Assembly: GCA_963677495.2 (NCBI GenBank) | Contig: CAXXOU010000001.1 | Span: 1-64,000, forward strand | Length of the DNA: 64,000 nt | DNA from: Candidatus Cloacimonadales bacterium | GTDB lineage: Bacteria; Cloacimonadota; Cloacimonadia; Cloacimonadales; JAFGVF01 | Direction of reading: 5' to 3' | Shown here: positions 47,759-56,430 of the stretch, in pieces | Numbering within the stretch: position 1 is the first letter of the stretch | Layout: each line of letters opens with the position of its first letter | The notes under the pieces: generated by a model | Seen by the model: the letters and a program-made list of their open reading frames with translations, nothing else | What the model was told of the DNA's origin: nothing | The model's database searches: none | Position numbers and translations under genes: made by a program

Positions 47759-49945
47759 CTAATAATTATACCCAATACTAAAGTAACCTGAGAAATCCTT
47801 ATAAAGGTTATTCTTTTGTAAAGAGACCTGGATAGCTCCCAGAATTGTTCTAACACCAAAATCAACAGAACCTCCGAACATATCGTTCTCAGCTTTGAAG
47901 AGCTTGGTAATATCATCTTTAACTTCTCCATAATATCCGTTCACACCAATGAAGATTAAATCATGAAACGAACGTTGAATACCAAGTTTCCCAACATAAA
48001 TATTTCTACCCTTTTTCTTACGAGTAGTCATTGCAGGAAAAGGGAAAGTTGTAGAATTTATTAATCTATTACCCCCTAGATAGAAGGCATTATTATTCAG
48101 CTTGTTGTTTTCTGTAGAGATACCTAAATTCATTCCCAATTGAAGGCTGTAGTTCTTAGTTATTGGTACAGCACTTCGGTTATTGATAATTAACCTTTGC
48201 ACTTGATCATCAAAATCACTATCTAAACCTTCTATGAAACAGTTCTCAAATCTATTGTAAACCCATACTCCCTTTGATGGGAAATAGATGTCATCCAAGA
48301 AATCTCTATGAATTACAAGCCCAATTTTATCAGTGTGTTTCACATAATTGAAGTTATCGAGATTACTATTACTTTCCAGAAGATTGATATCATGAGAGTA
48401 AAGTAAAGATACAGAGAAAATATTATTAAATAGTAGTGTAGGTCCTGCATAAATGGATATATCAGATAGGAACTTTGGTTCTCCTGACCTTGTGTGTCCT
48501 TTATACTTATAGATCTCGGAGACATTAAGAGAACTTCCTGTAATAAGTCCAACTCCGTAATCCCAACCACTTAGAAACAGATGATGAATATCAATCTCAG
48601 CTTTAGGATTCAGTCTGGCATCGAAGTTAAGGCTAGTACCTCTCTTCAAAAGGTTCTGGAACTTTAACTGTAATAGTACCGAAGCATAATCTTCCGAGTT
48701 AAAGTTACCACCAAGTGATATGGAATCATTGGACTTTTCTCTGAGCTTTATGAGCAAGTTAAAGCCATCTCCCCTCTCTCTTTTAACTAATCTATAGTGA
48801 ACATGCTCAAAGTTCCTACTTGAGACCAATCTCTGGATTGAGGCTTCTATCTTATCAACGTGCACAACTGAGGGAGTTCGTATGTTCAACCAACCACGTA
48901 CAGCATAAGATGGAGTGGACTCTAATCCCTCAACCTTAATCTTCCTAATTAGGAACTCTCTCTTTGTGTGGTCTGGGAACTCCACTGGTTCTTTGTCATA
49001 ACTTTTAAGAATCGAAGCAAGAGCAGTGAGTTCATCATAATTCTGTCTTGTAGCATATTCACCAATGTTATAAATGTCTCTTAACTTATCAAAGGACATG
49101 ATATTATAGTCAACAAGATTAGGCGTGATAAGCAGATCGCATGATTTACGTTGTTCCTCTGTAGATGCATACCCACGATATGAAATAGCCTGGTTAATTA
49201 CCGAAATGACATTTGTGAGTTCATCACGACTTGCGATAGAAGATGAGATATCTACGCCAATAATTATCTCAGCTCCCATGTCTCTAACCAGTTGAACAGG
49301 GAAGTTATCTACAAGCCCACCATCAAGAAGAAGATACTCTTCCCATTCAGATGGAGAGAATACAGATGGGATTGACATTGAAGAGCGTATTGCTTCTGAC
49401 AAAATGCCATGATCCATTATAACAGGCTCACCAGTCTCTATATTGGTACCCATGCAACTAAAAGGAATTGGAAGCTGATTAAAATCTTCAATGCCATGCA
49501 CCGGGATTGTCAGTGTTGATAATAGGGATATCACGTTCTGCCCTGTTACAAATCCGGTAGGTAGAACAATTCGTCCCTTTTCAAGTGGAAAACTAAGTTG
49601 ATACTTGCCTTCGTTTTCAAGTTCTGAAAAAGATAGGTTTTGCCTTTCACGTCTATCAGCCATTAGTTCAGGCCAGTTCAAATCAAAAACTATCTTTTCA
49701 AGTTCTTCAGCAGAATAGCCTATTGAATATAACGCCCCTATTATTGCTCCCATACTGGTTCCGGTAATGTAATCAGGTTTGATTCCATGCTCTTCAAGTA
49801 CTTTTAAAACACCAATATGTGCAACACCTTTAGCTCCACCACCACTAAGCACAAGACCCACTTTAGGTCTGTCATTTGCAATTAGGTTCAAGGCAATAAT
49901 AGTAAGTAAAATAAATCCAATAAGCTTCTTCAAATCAATCTCCAT
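47759..49945 (-). CDS. Patatin-like phospholipase with POTRA/beta-barrel C-terminus (PlpD-like)
   Basis: LSGGGAKGVAHIG, GTSMG, DGG; signal peptide; C-terminal YFSIGYNY. Confidence 0.9.
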   Translation of the reverse strand: MEIDLKKLIGFILLTIIALNLIANDRPKVGLVLSGGGAKGVAHIGVLKVLEEHGIKPDYITGTSMGAIIGALYSIGYSAEELEKIVFDLNWPELMADRRERQNLSFSELENEGKYQLSFPLEKGRIVLPTGFVTGQNVISLLSTLTIPVHGIEDFNQLPIPFSCMGTNIETGEPVIMDHGILSEAIRSSMSIPSVFSPSEWEEYLLLDGGLVDNFPVQLVRDMGAEIIIGVDISSSIASRDELTNVISVINQAISYRGYASTEEQRKSCDLLITPNLVDYNIMSFDKLRDIYNIGEYATRQNYDELTALASILKSYDKEPVEFPDHTKREFLIRKIKVEGLESTPSYAVRGWLNIRTPSVVHVDKIEASIQRLVSSRNFEHVHYRLVKRERGDGFNLLIKLREKSNDSISLGGNFNSEDYASVLLQLKFQNLLKRGTSLNFDARLNPKAEIDIHHLFLSGWDYGVGLITGSSLNVSEIYKYKGHTRSGEPKFLSDISIYAGPTLLFNNIFSVSLLYSHDINLLESNSNLDNFNYVKHTDKIGLVIHRDFLDDIYFPSKGVWVYNRFENCFIEGLDSDFDDQVQRLIINNRSAVPITKNYSLQLGMNLGISTENNKLNNNAFYLGGNRLINSTTFPFPAMTTRKKKGRNIYVGKLGIQRSFHDLIFIGVNGYYGEVKDDITKLFKAENDMFGGSVDFGVRTILGAIQVSLQKNNLYKDFSGYFSIGYNY

Positions 49946-49982
49946 AAAAAGGGGAGGAGAAAACTCCTCCCCATAATATTAT

Positions 49983-52900
49983 CTATTTATCATGTCTTCT
50001 ATGCATCAAGAAATACAATCCCGGAATCATGAAGAGAGTCAGGATTGTTGATGTCATCATACCACCAATTTGTATCATCGCCATTGGGATACGATATTCA
50101 GCACCTGCAGTACCGATACCGAGAGCCATTGGCAACATACCAAGCTGGATAGCAAGAGTAGTCATGATAACTGTTTTCATTTTTGTAGGGGCAGCAATGA
50201 GAATGGCCTCTTTGAGAGGAATCTTCTCTTTCTCTTGTACCTGATTCGTATAATCCAGAATCAGAATAGCATCGTTCACAACCAGACCAATCAGCATGAT
50301 TATCGACATCATAGAGATGATGTTCATTGACTGTCCACTGATGAACATAAGAATAAACACACCAATTGTAGCCAAAGGAAGCGAGATAAGTATAATGAAA
50401 GGTCTTGTGAAGCTTTCAAGCAATGAAGCCAGAAGCATGTACACAAGTACAACCGCAATAATGAAGGCAAAAGCGAAATCAAGCATAGCTTCTTCCATCA
50501 TCTCAGCCTGTCCACCCCATGTTACAGTTGTTCCACGTGGCAATTCGACTTCATCAAGTCGTGCTTTAATTTCATTTACAATATTTCCGAGAGGTACACC
50601 CGGAGCAGGCGAAGCAGTAAATGCTACTGAGTTAACCTTGTCTCTATGACGAATCTGGGTTGGCCCCTCTTCGAATGTGATATCAGCCAACTGAGAAACA
50701 GTATAAGTTCCCATAGGAGTAAGAACTGTTAAGTTTTCCACTTCTTCAGGAGAATCAATTGCTGTATCTTGTAGTGATACTCTGATATCATACTCCAAAC
50801 CTTTATCTCTGAACACTGTTGGAGTAACACCTTCAGCAGCATTTCTTAAGAACATACCAAGTTCGAATGCTGTGATTCCTGCATCAGCAAGCTGATCACG
50901 CTTTGGATTTAAAACAAGCTCAGGCATACCTGTTCTTAGACTTGTATCGAAGTTAATCATACCGGGAACTGTTTCAATCTTCTCTTTAACAATAGGCCCC
51001 AGTTCTTCCACAACTTCTCTTGAAGAGTGTTTAAGATAGATCTCAATTGGTGCACCACCGTCGTTTTCACCTGTTGCAACAGCGATAACGGCATTCGGCA
51101 CATCAGAAAGTTCTTTAATGATCTGCTTGATAAAGTTATATGTTTTCACTTCTCTTTGAGTAGCATCAACCATGATAGCTGTTACACTACTTTCATTAGT
51201 TCCTGAATCACTACCAAGGGTAGTAAGAACCATCTCAACTTCCGGATGAGCTGTAATTCTATTAACTACCTCTTCCATAACTTCAGCAGATTGCTCTAAT
51301 GAATAACCCAAAGGCAACTCAACAGAGATTGTGAAGTTTCCTTCATCCATATCAGGGAAGAATGAGAAACCAATTCTTGGAGCTACTGTGAATAGTACTA
51401 TAAAGAAAATGACAAACACAGCTACTGTGAGTAATACAGGATTTCTTCTGTTAGAAAGAAGTTTAGAAAGCACTCCATGATACCAATGCTGTAGTTTCTC
51501 TAAGAAGTTCTCCATGAAGTTACCAAATCTAGTCTTCTTCTCGGTCTTAGGAATCATCACAGATGCAAGCATTGGCGTAAGTGTGAATGACATGAAGAGT
51601 GAGAATACTGTAGCTACTGACACAGTAAGAGCAAACTCTTTAAAGAACATGCCAACCATAGAAGACATGTTTGCGATCGGCAAGAACACAACAAGGTTAG
51701 TAGCAGTTGATGCCATAACGGCAGCAGTAACCTCGGCAGAACCTACACGCGCAGCTTCTCCTCTATCTCCAAGAAGTCTTTTATGTCTGAAGATGTTTTC
51801 AAGCACTACAATTGAGTTTGACACAAGAACACCCACAGCAGTCGACAACCCCATCAGTGTCATCATATTGATTGAGAAGCCAAGTCGACTAAGCACCATA
51901 AATGATGATACAATTGATGTAGGCATTGAAAGGGCAATAATCAAAGTTGAACGAATATCATGCAAGAATACATAAAGAATCAAACCTGTAAGGATAATAC
52001 CCAATAGAAGGTTAACAAATGTGTCCTTAATTGAGCTTTTAATGAACTCAGAATCATCAAAGAACAGCTCTAAGTTAACTCCTGCAGGAAGTTCTTCCTG
52101 TAAAACGGGAATCATCTCTTTCACATTACGAGCAATAGATACAGTGTTACCATCAGAAGCTTTGATAATTCCAAGCTTAATAACGTTAGGATCTTTTACT
52201 TTAGTTTTAGTATTGAAATAGATAGAACGTTTACGAACTTCTTTAATAGTATCGTCTACTTCTGCGATTTCTTTTACTCTTTTGTTTCCTTTTGTAGTTG
52301 GGATTCTAAGATTTTCAATCTCCTCTACTGTATCAAATTCAGCATCAGTTCTAAGAGCATACTCCCTAATTTTACGAGTAAATCTACCACCTGAAAGGTC
52401 TAGATTACTTGCTGATATATACTGAGCAAACTGATCAAGGGTTAATTGATTCTCAAAGAGAATTCTATCAGTCGTTTTAATCTGAATCTCACGTTCCTGA
52501 CCACCTGAAAGCTCAACTGATGCCACACCTTCTACTTGGTAGAAACGGTCTTTCACATAGTTTTCAGCAAGGTCAAAAAGCTCGGTTTCAGATACATCAC
52601 CACTAAGAATCAGCTGTACGATTGGTTCAGCACCAAACTCGAATTTTTCAACTGTTGGAGATTCTGCATCTCCCGGTAGCTGACTTAGAATTGTGTTAAT
52701 CTTATCTTTAACTTCCTGGTTTGCAAGATCCACATCTTTATCCATATTGAATCTTAGCACAACAGTTGAAACACTATTCATAGAGTATGACTCCACGAAG
52801 TCGAGTCCACTCACCGTTGAAAGAGCTTCTTCAATCTTTTCAGAAACCTGAGTTTCGATTTCAGAAGGTCCTGCTCCCGGATAAACGGTTTGGACAATAA

Positions 52901-53033
52901 TGTAAGGGATACTCACATCCGGCATAAGTGATACCGGAAGGTTGAGCATTGAAATTATACCAAATAACAACAACGCTATGATTACCATGGTTGTCATTAC
53001 AGGTTTTTTAGTTGATATATTTGATAAAAACAT
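49983..53033 (-). CDS. RND efflux permease (AcrB/AcrD/AcrF family)
   Basis: 1016 aa; YPGAGPSEIE, FFKEFALTV, SFTLTPMLAS, LGMLPMALGIG. Confidence 0.95.
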   Translation of the reverse strand: MFLSNISTKKPVMTTMVIIALLLFGIISMLNLPVSLMPDVSIPYIIVQTVYPGAGPSEIETQVSEKIEEALSTVSGLDFVESYSMNSVSTVVLRFNMDKDVDLANQEVKDKINTILSQLPGDAESPTVEKFEFGAEPIVQLILSGDVSETELFDLAENYVKDRFYQVEGVASVELSGGQEREIQIKTTDRILFENQLTLDQFAQYISASNLDLSGGRFTRKIREYALRTDAEFDTVEEIENLRIPTTKGNKRVKEIAEVDDTIKEVRKRSIYFNTKTKVKDPNVIKLGIIKASDGNTVSIARNVKEMIPVLQEELPAGVNLELFFDDSEFIKSSIKDTFVNLLLGIILTGLILYVFLHDIRSTLIIALSMPTSIVSSFMVLSRLGFSINMMTLMGLSTAVGVLVSNSIVVLENIFRHKRLLGDRGEAARVGSAEVTAAVMASTATNLVVFLPIANMSSMVGMFFKEFALTVSVATVFSLFMSFTLTPMLASVMIPKTEKKTRFGNFMENFLEKLQHWYHGVLSKLLSNRRNPVLLTVAVFVIFFIVLFTVAPRIGFSFFPDMDEGNFTISVELPLGYSLEQSAEVMEEVVNRITAHPEVEMVLTTLGSDSGTNESSVTAIMVDATQREVKTYNFIKQIIKELSDVPNAVIAVATGENDGGAPIEIYLKHSSREVVEELGPIVKEKIETVPGMINFDTSLRTGMPELVLNPKRDQLADAGITAFELGMFLRNAAEGVTPTVFRDKGLEYDIRVSLQDTAIDSPEEVENLTVLTPMGTYTVSQLADITFEEGPTQIRHRDKVNSVAFTASPAPGVPLGNIVNEIKARLDEVELPRGTTVTWGGQAEMMEEAMLDFAFAFIIAVVLVYMLLASLLESFTRPFIILISLPLATIGVFILMFISGQSMNIISMMSIIMLIGLVVNDAILILDYTNQVQEKEKIPLKEAILIAAPTKMKTVIMTTLAIQLGMLPMALGIGTAGAEYRIPMAMIQIGGMMTSTILTLFMIPGLYFLMHRRHDK

Positions 53034-53042
53034 CTATGTTCC

Positions 53043-54074
53043 TTAGTTCAATACTTTAAGTTTACTACCATCTTTCACACGATTATAACCTTTAGAAATA
53101 ATCATATCACCGGCTTTAAGACCTGACTTAACTTCTACTTTGAGATCATTATTGATACCAAGTTTAAGAGCTCTCTTCTCTGCATTACCATTGTTGTTAA
53201 CCCAAGTTGTTATATTCTTACCTGCTCCGGCAATATAGACTCTTTCAAGAGCTATAATGTTCTTCTTACTTAAGAGTGTTAACTCAACATCAGCAGTAAC
53301 TCCACCCTTAATTTTGTAACCTGCATTATCGAACTCAATTTCTGTTCTAAAAGCTTTACGCATTGGGTTCATGTTCAAAGCAACAGCAGTAACTTTACCG
53401 TTAATGCTTCTACCTTTCCACATAGCTTTAGCTTTCTGACCTTTCTTAACTGAGTTAATGTCATCTTCGTTAACCCATACTTCAGCTTTCAGCTTGGAAA
53501 GCTCAGAGATTGTGAAAAGATTATCATCAGGGAATACTCTGTCAGATTCTCCAACATGCATCTCAGTAATTATACCTGCGATAGGTGCTTTAGCTTCAAT
53601 CATGTCAGTAACATTGTTAAGACTTGCTTCTAAAACAGCTACTTGTGTTTCCATCTGATCGATATCCTGCTTTGAGATTCCACCTTCCGCAAACACAGAA
53701 CGCATTCTTTCAAGAGTTTGTACTGCATCATCATATTGTGATTTAGTCTGATGATACTGAGCCATTGCATTGTCGTTAGGGAACTGCATTACAACAGCAT
53801 CTTTCTCTACATAATCACCTACTTTATAGAGAACTTTCTCAACCTGGTCAGCCACACTACTAATCTGTGTAATCTCTCTAACACCTTCCATAGTTGTGAA
53901 GAAGGTTCTTGTTTTCACAAGGTCACTCTTTTCAATAGTCATTACCTCAACAGGGATACCCTCTTCTCTATATATATCTTCCATTGATTTTGTTTCTACA
54001 ACTTCCTCTTTCCCGCAACCACTGAATAGAACTGCAATAACGAGAACGAGTGCTAAAAATATACCTTTTTTCAT
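53043..54074 (-). CDS. RND periplasmic adaptor (MFP), lipoprotein
   Basis: Lipobox FSGC; KVGDYVEKD; GGISKQDID; KAPIAGII. Confidence 0.93.
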   Translation of the reverse strand: MKKGIFLALVLVIAVLFSGCGKEEVVETKSMEDIYREEGIPVEVMTIEKSDLVKTRTFFTTMEGVREITQISSVADQVEKVLYKVGDYVEKDAVVMQFPNDNAMAQYHQTKSQYDDAVQTLERMRSVFAEGGISKQDIDQMETQVAVLEASLNNVTDMIEAKAPIAGIITEMHVGESDRVFPDDNLFTISELSKLKAEVWVNEDDINSVKKGQKAKAMWKGRSINGKVTAVALNMNPMRKAFRTEIEFDNAGYKIKGGVTADVELTLLSKKNIIALERVYIAGAGKNITTWVNNNGNAEKRALKLGINNDLKVEVKSGLKAGDMIISKGYNRVKDGSKLKVLN

Positions 54075-55366
54075 TACATCTCCTTTGATAAATCTCTGCC
54101 TATAGCTTTCAGTAAACTAAGCCAGTTGATCTTTGCTTCATACATAGCATTCAGATGGCTTATCTTTGTACTCTTCCATGTTAACTGTGCATCACTAACT
54201 TCAAGCTGTGTACCAAGTTTGTTCTGGTAACGGGTTTCAGCTATGCGAAGTGCCCTTTGTGCAAGACTAACATTCTTCTCTTCTGTTGCCAGCTTCTGGA
54301 TACTGGCTTGATAACTTTTATGTGCATTAGTGATTTCAAGCTCGACCTTGTTCTTAAGGTCATTCTCTGCAATCACAGCATTCTTATATTGATATTTTGC
54401 TGACCTCTTCTCGTGATGGTTAGTAAGTCCTTTGAAGATTGGCCATTGGAAAGAGACTCCCCAATTGTATGTATCGCCAAAGTCTTCTCCCTCTATACCA
54501 TAATCATCTGATAGACCATAATGTGTGTATCCTGCGCTTGCCTGTAAGTTAGGTAAGAAATACAAGCTTTCATTCTTATAGTTGATCTCCTGCATCTCTC
54601 TACTTAGAGCTAATACTTGAAGTTCATCCCTTGTTTCTGTTCCGGTAGCAATTGCATTTGAAAGCTCAATAAGTTCACCCTCTGTAAACTCAATTGCACC
54701 TTCAACACTCATCTCACCATCAGTCCAACCAATGTAGTCTTCGAGATTCTTTGTAGCAAGAGCTACAGCTTTCTCAGCATCTGTTACATCCGGTTCTAGA
54801 CGTGAAACAGCAAGCTCAGCATTAAGCATATCATATTCACTTACAAGCTCCTGTTCGTACATAACCTGAACCTGACGATAATGCCTTCTCGCAACTTCTA
54901 GAGCTTCCTGTTGAGTTGCATAAAGCTCTTGTGCAAGCAGAACATTGTAATATGCTTCATAAGTTCCGAAAACTATGTTGTTTTCAGTTACGCTAACGTT
55001 TACATCTTGAAGATTCGTATAAACCTTAGCTGCCCTTAAGCCAAGAAATACTGAAGATGAAAAGAGAATCTGACTTGCCTGAATCCCGGCAGCCAAGCTT
55101 GTCTCTTTCTGCTCATCTGTCCCATACATAGCTGTCTGATTATCAGAAAGCAATGTCGTTGTCTGTTTAAACTCTCCAACAGCATCAATTTGAGGATAGA
55201 GTATGCCCTTTGTTCCTCGATAATCTGAATATGCTATTTTCTTCTCATTCCTGGAAGTTTGCATATCAGGATTGTTTTCTAATGCCATGTTAATAGCATC
55301 TTCAATCGTTAATGCTTGGAGTAATATAGGCAAAATCAATACCCATATCAATAGAAACCTTTTCAT
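54074..55366 (-). CDS. TolC family outer-membrane efflux protein
   Basis: Start MKRFLL after GGAGG; LTIEDAINMALENNP; RYQNKLGTQLEVSDAQ. Confidence 0.93.
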   Translation of the reverse strand: MKRFLLIWVLILPILLQALTIEDAINMALENNPDMQTSRNEKKIAYSDYRGTKGILYPQIDAVGEFKQTTTLLSDNQTAMYGTDEQKETSLAAGIQASQILFSSSVFLGLRAAKVYTNLQDVNVSVTENNIVFGTYEAYYNVLLAQELYATQQEALEVARRHYRQVQVMYEQELVSEYDMLNAELAVSRLEPDVTDAEKAVALATKNLEDYIGWTDGEMSVEGAIEFTEGELIELSNAIATGTETRDELQVLALSREMQEINYKNESLYFLPNLQASAGYTHYGLSDDYGIEGEDFGDTYNWGVSFQWPIFKGLTNHHEKRSAKYQYKNAVIAENDLKNKVELEITNAHKSYQASIQKLATEEKNVSLAQRALRIAETRYQNKLGTQLEVSDAQLTWKSTKISHLNAMYEAKINWLSLLKAIGRDLSKEM

Positions 55367-55416
55367 TTTTCCTCCAAATATATTTTCTTTAAATATTGTT
55401 CTCAGACGTAGCAAAA

Positions 55417-56034
55417 TTAGTTCTTCCCTCCCTCTTTAAAGAGTATGTTCTTAAAAGTAATATCTAAGAATGTTTCTCCCCAATCAGCTAAATTAACAAT
55501 TTCGGGGAGTTCAAATGATCCCCATATTAAACCTGCCACCACATTGTTAATGTAAAAATTGTATTGTTTCGGTGTAAGTTCATCTTTGAACTCACCGAGT
55601 TTAATTCCCTCTTCTATTATATCTGTGAAATTAAGAAACATCTCTTTAGCACATTTTTCTTCTTCAGTGAGTTCCATAACCTTCATCTCTGTTTTATTCA
55701 CAGCTATCTCAATCGCCATATGCATCTTTTTGTTACTAAAAATCATCTCTAAGATTGATTTATATATAGTCTGCATCTTCTCTTTTGGTCGCATCTGCTT
55801 CTTTCGATAGTAGTCCCCCAAAACAAGAATCTGTTTAGTATTCTCCTCCAAAACTGCTCTTAGAAGCTCCTCTTTACTCTGGAAATGCCAGTATAAGGCA
55901 CCTTTAGTAACACCAGCTTCCTCGCATATATCTTTAATGGAAGTTGCGTTATAACCGTACTCATAGAATACTTTCAAGGCAGAATCTAAAATAATCTGCC
56001 TAGTCACCATTGCTTCCTCTTTTGTTCTTCTCAT
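55417..56034 (-). CDS. TetR/AcrR family regulator of RND efflux locus 2
   Basis: MRRTKEEA...ICEEAGVTKGALYWHFQSKEEL. Confidence 0.95.
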   Translation of the reverse strand: MRRTKEEAMVTRQIILDSALKVFYEYGYNATSIKDICEEAGVTKGALYWHFQSKEELLRAVLEENTKQILVLGDYYRKKQMRPKEKMQTIYKSILEMIFSNKKMHMAIEIAVNKTEMKVMELTEEEKCAKEMFLNFTDIIEEGIKLGEFKDELTPKQYNFYINNVVAGLIWGSFELPEIVNLADWGETFLDITFKNILFKEGGKN

Positions 56035-56104
56035 ATAACCTTCCATACAAACCAAGTAGTATTTTTTGATTTATTTTGCTATTTTATAATAACTTAACAT
56101 TTAT

Positions 56105-56224
56105 TTATGTCACAATAAAAGCGAACATTTTGTGCTTCTGTTCATGTTTGTCATTAATAAGTTCAAAATATCCATGATCTCTTAACACACTATAAACAGT
56201 GTTAATTACAAGATTTCTCATCAT
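56105..56224 (-). CDS. Possible 39-aa leader ORF upstream of tetR
   Basis: AGGGGTG RBS directly downstream of the promoter/operator; MMRNLVINTVYSVLRDHGYFELINDKHEQKHKMFAFIVT. Confidence 0.4.
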   Translation of the reverse strand: MMRNLVINTVYSVLRDHGYFELINDKHEQKHKMFAFIVT

Positions 56225-56236
56225 AACACCCCTATA

Positions 56237-56256
56237 CATACAAACCGTTTGGTATG
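56237..56256. promoter_or_regulatory. Putative TetR operator; second partial site at 56044-56063
   Basis: catacaaaccgtttggtatg palindrome next to a minus-strand TTGACA (56265-56270); catacaaacc recurs at 56044. Confidence 0.65.
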
Positions 56257-56430
56257 CATTATTATGTCAACATCTTTTAAAAAAATATTCTGTTTAGTGA
56301 GTAAACTAAGGGTGTAATTGATTATTCTATCGTTATTGAATAGGAAGTAGTTATGTTCGTTTTTAGAGCACGAACAAAAGATGTGATAATTCTATCACAA
56401 AAATGTATTGTAATGGGTTGTCAGCTAATT

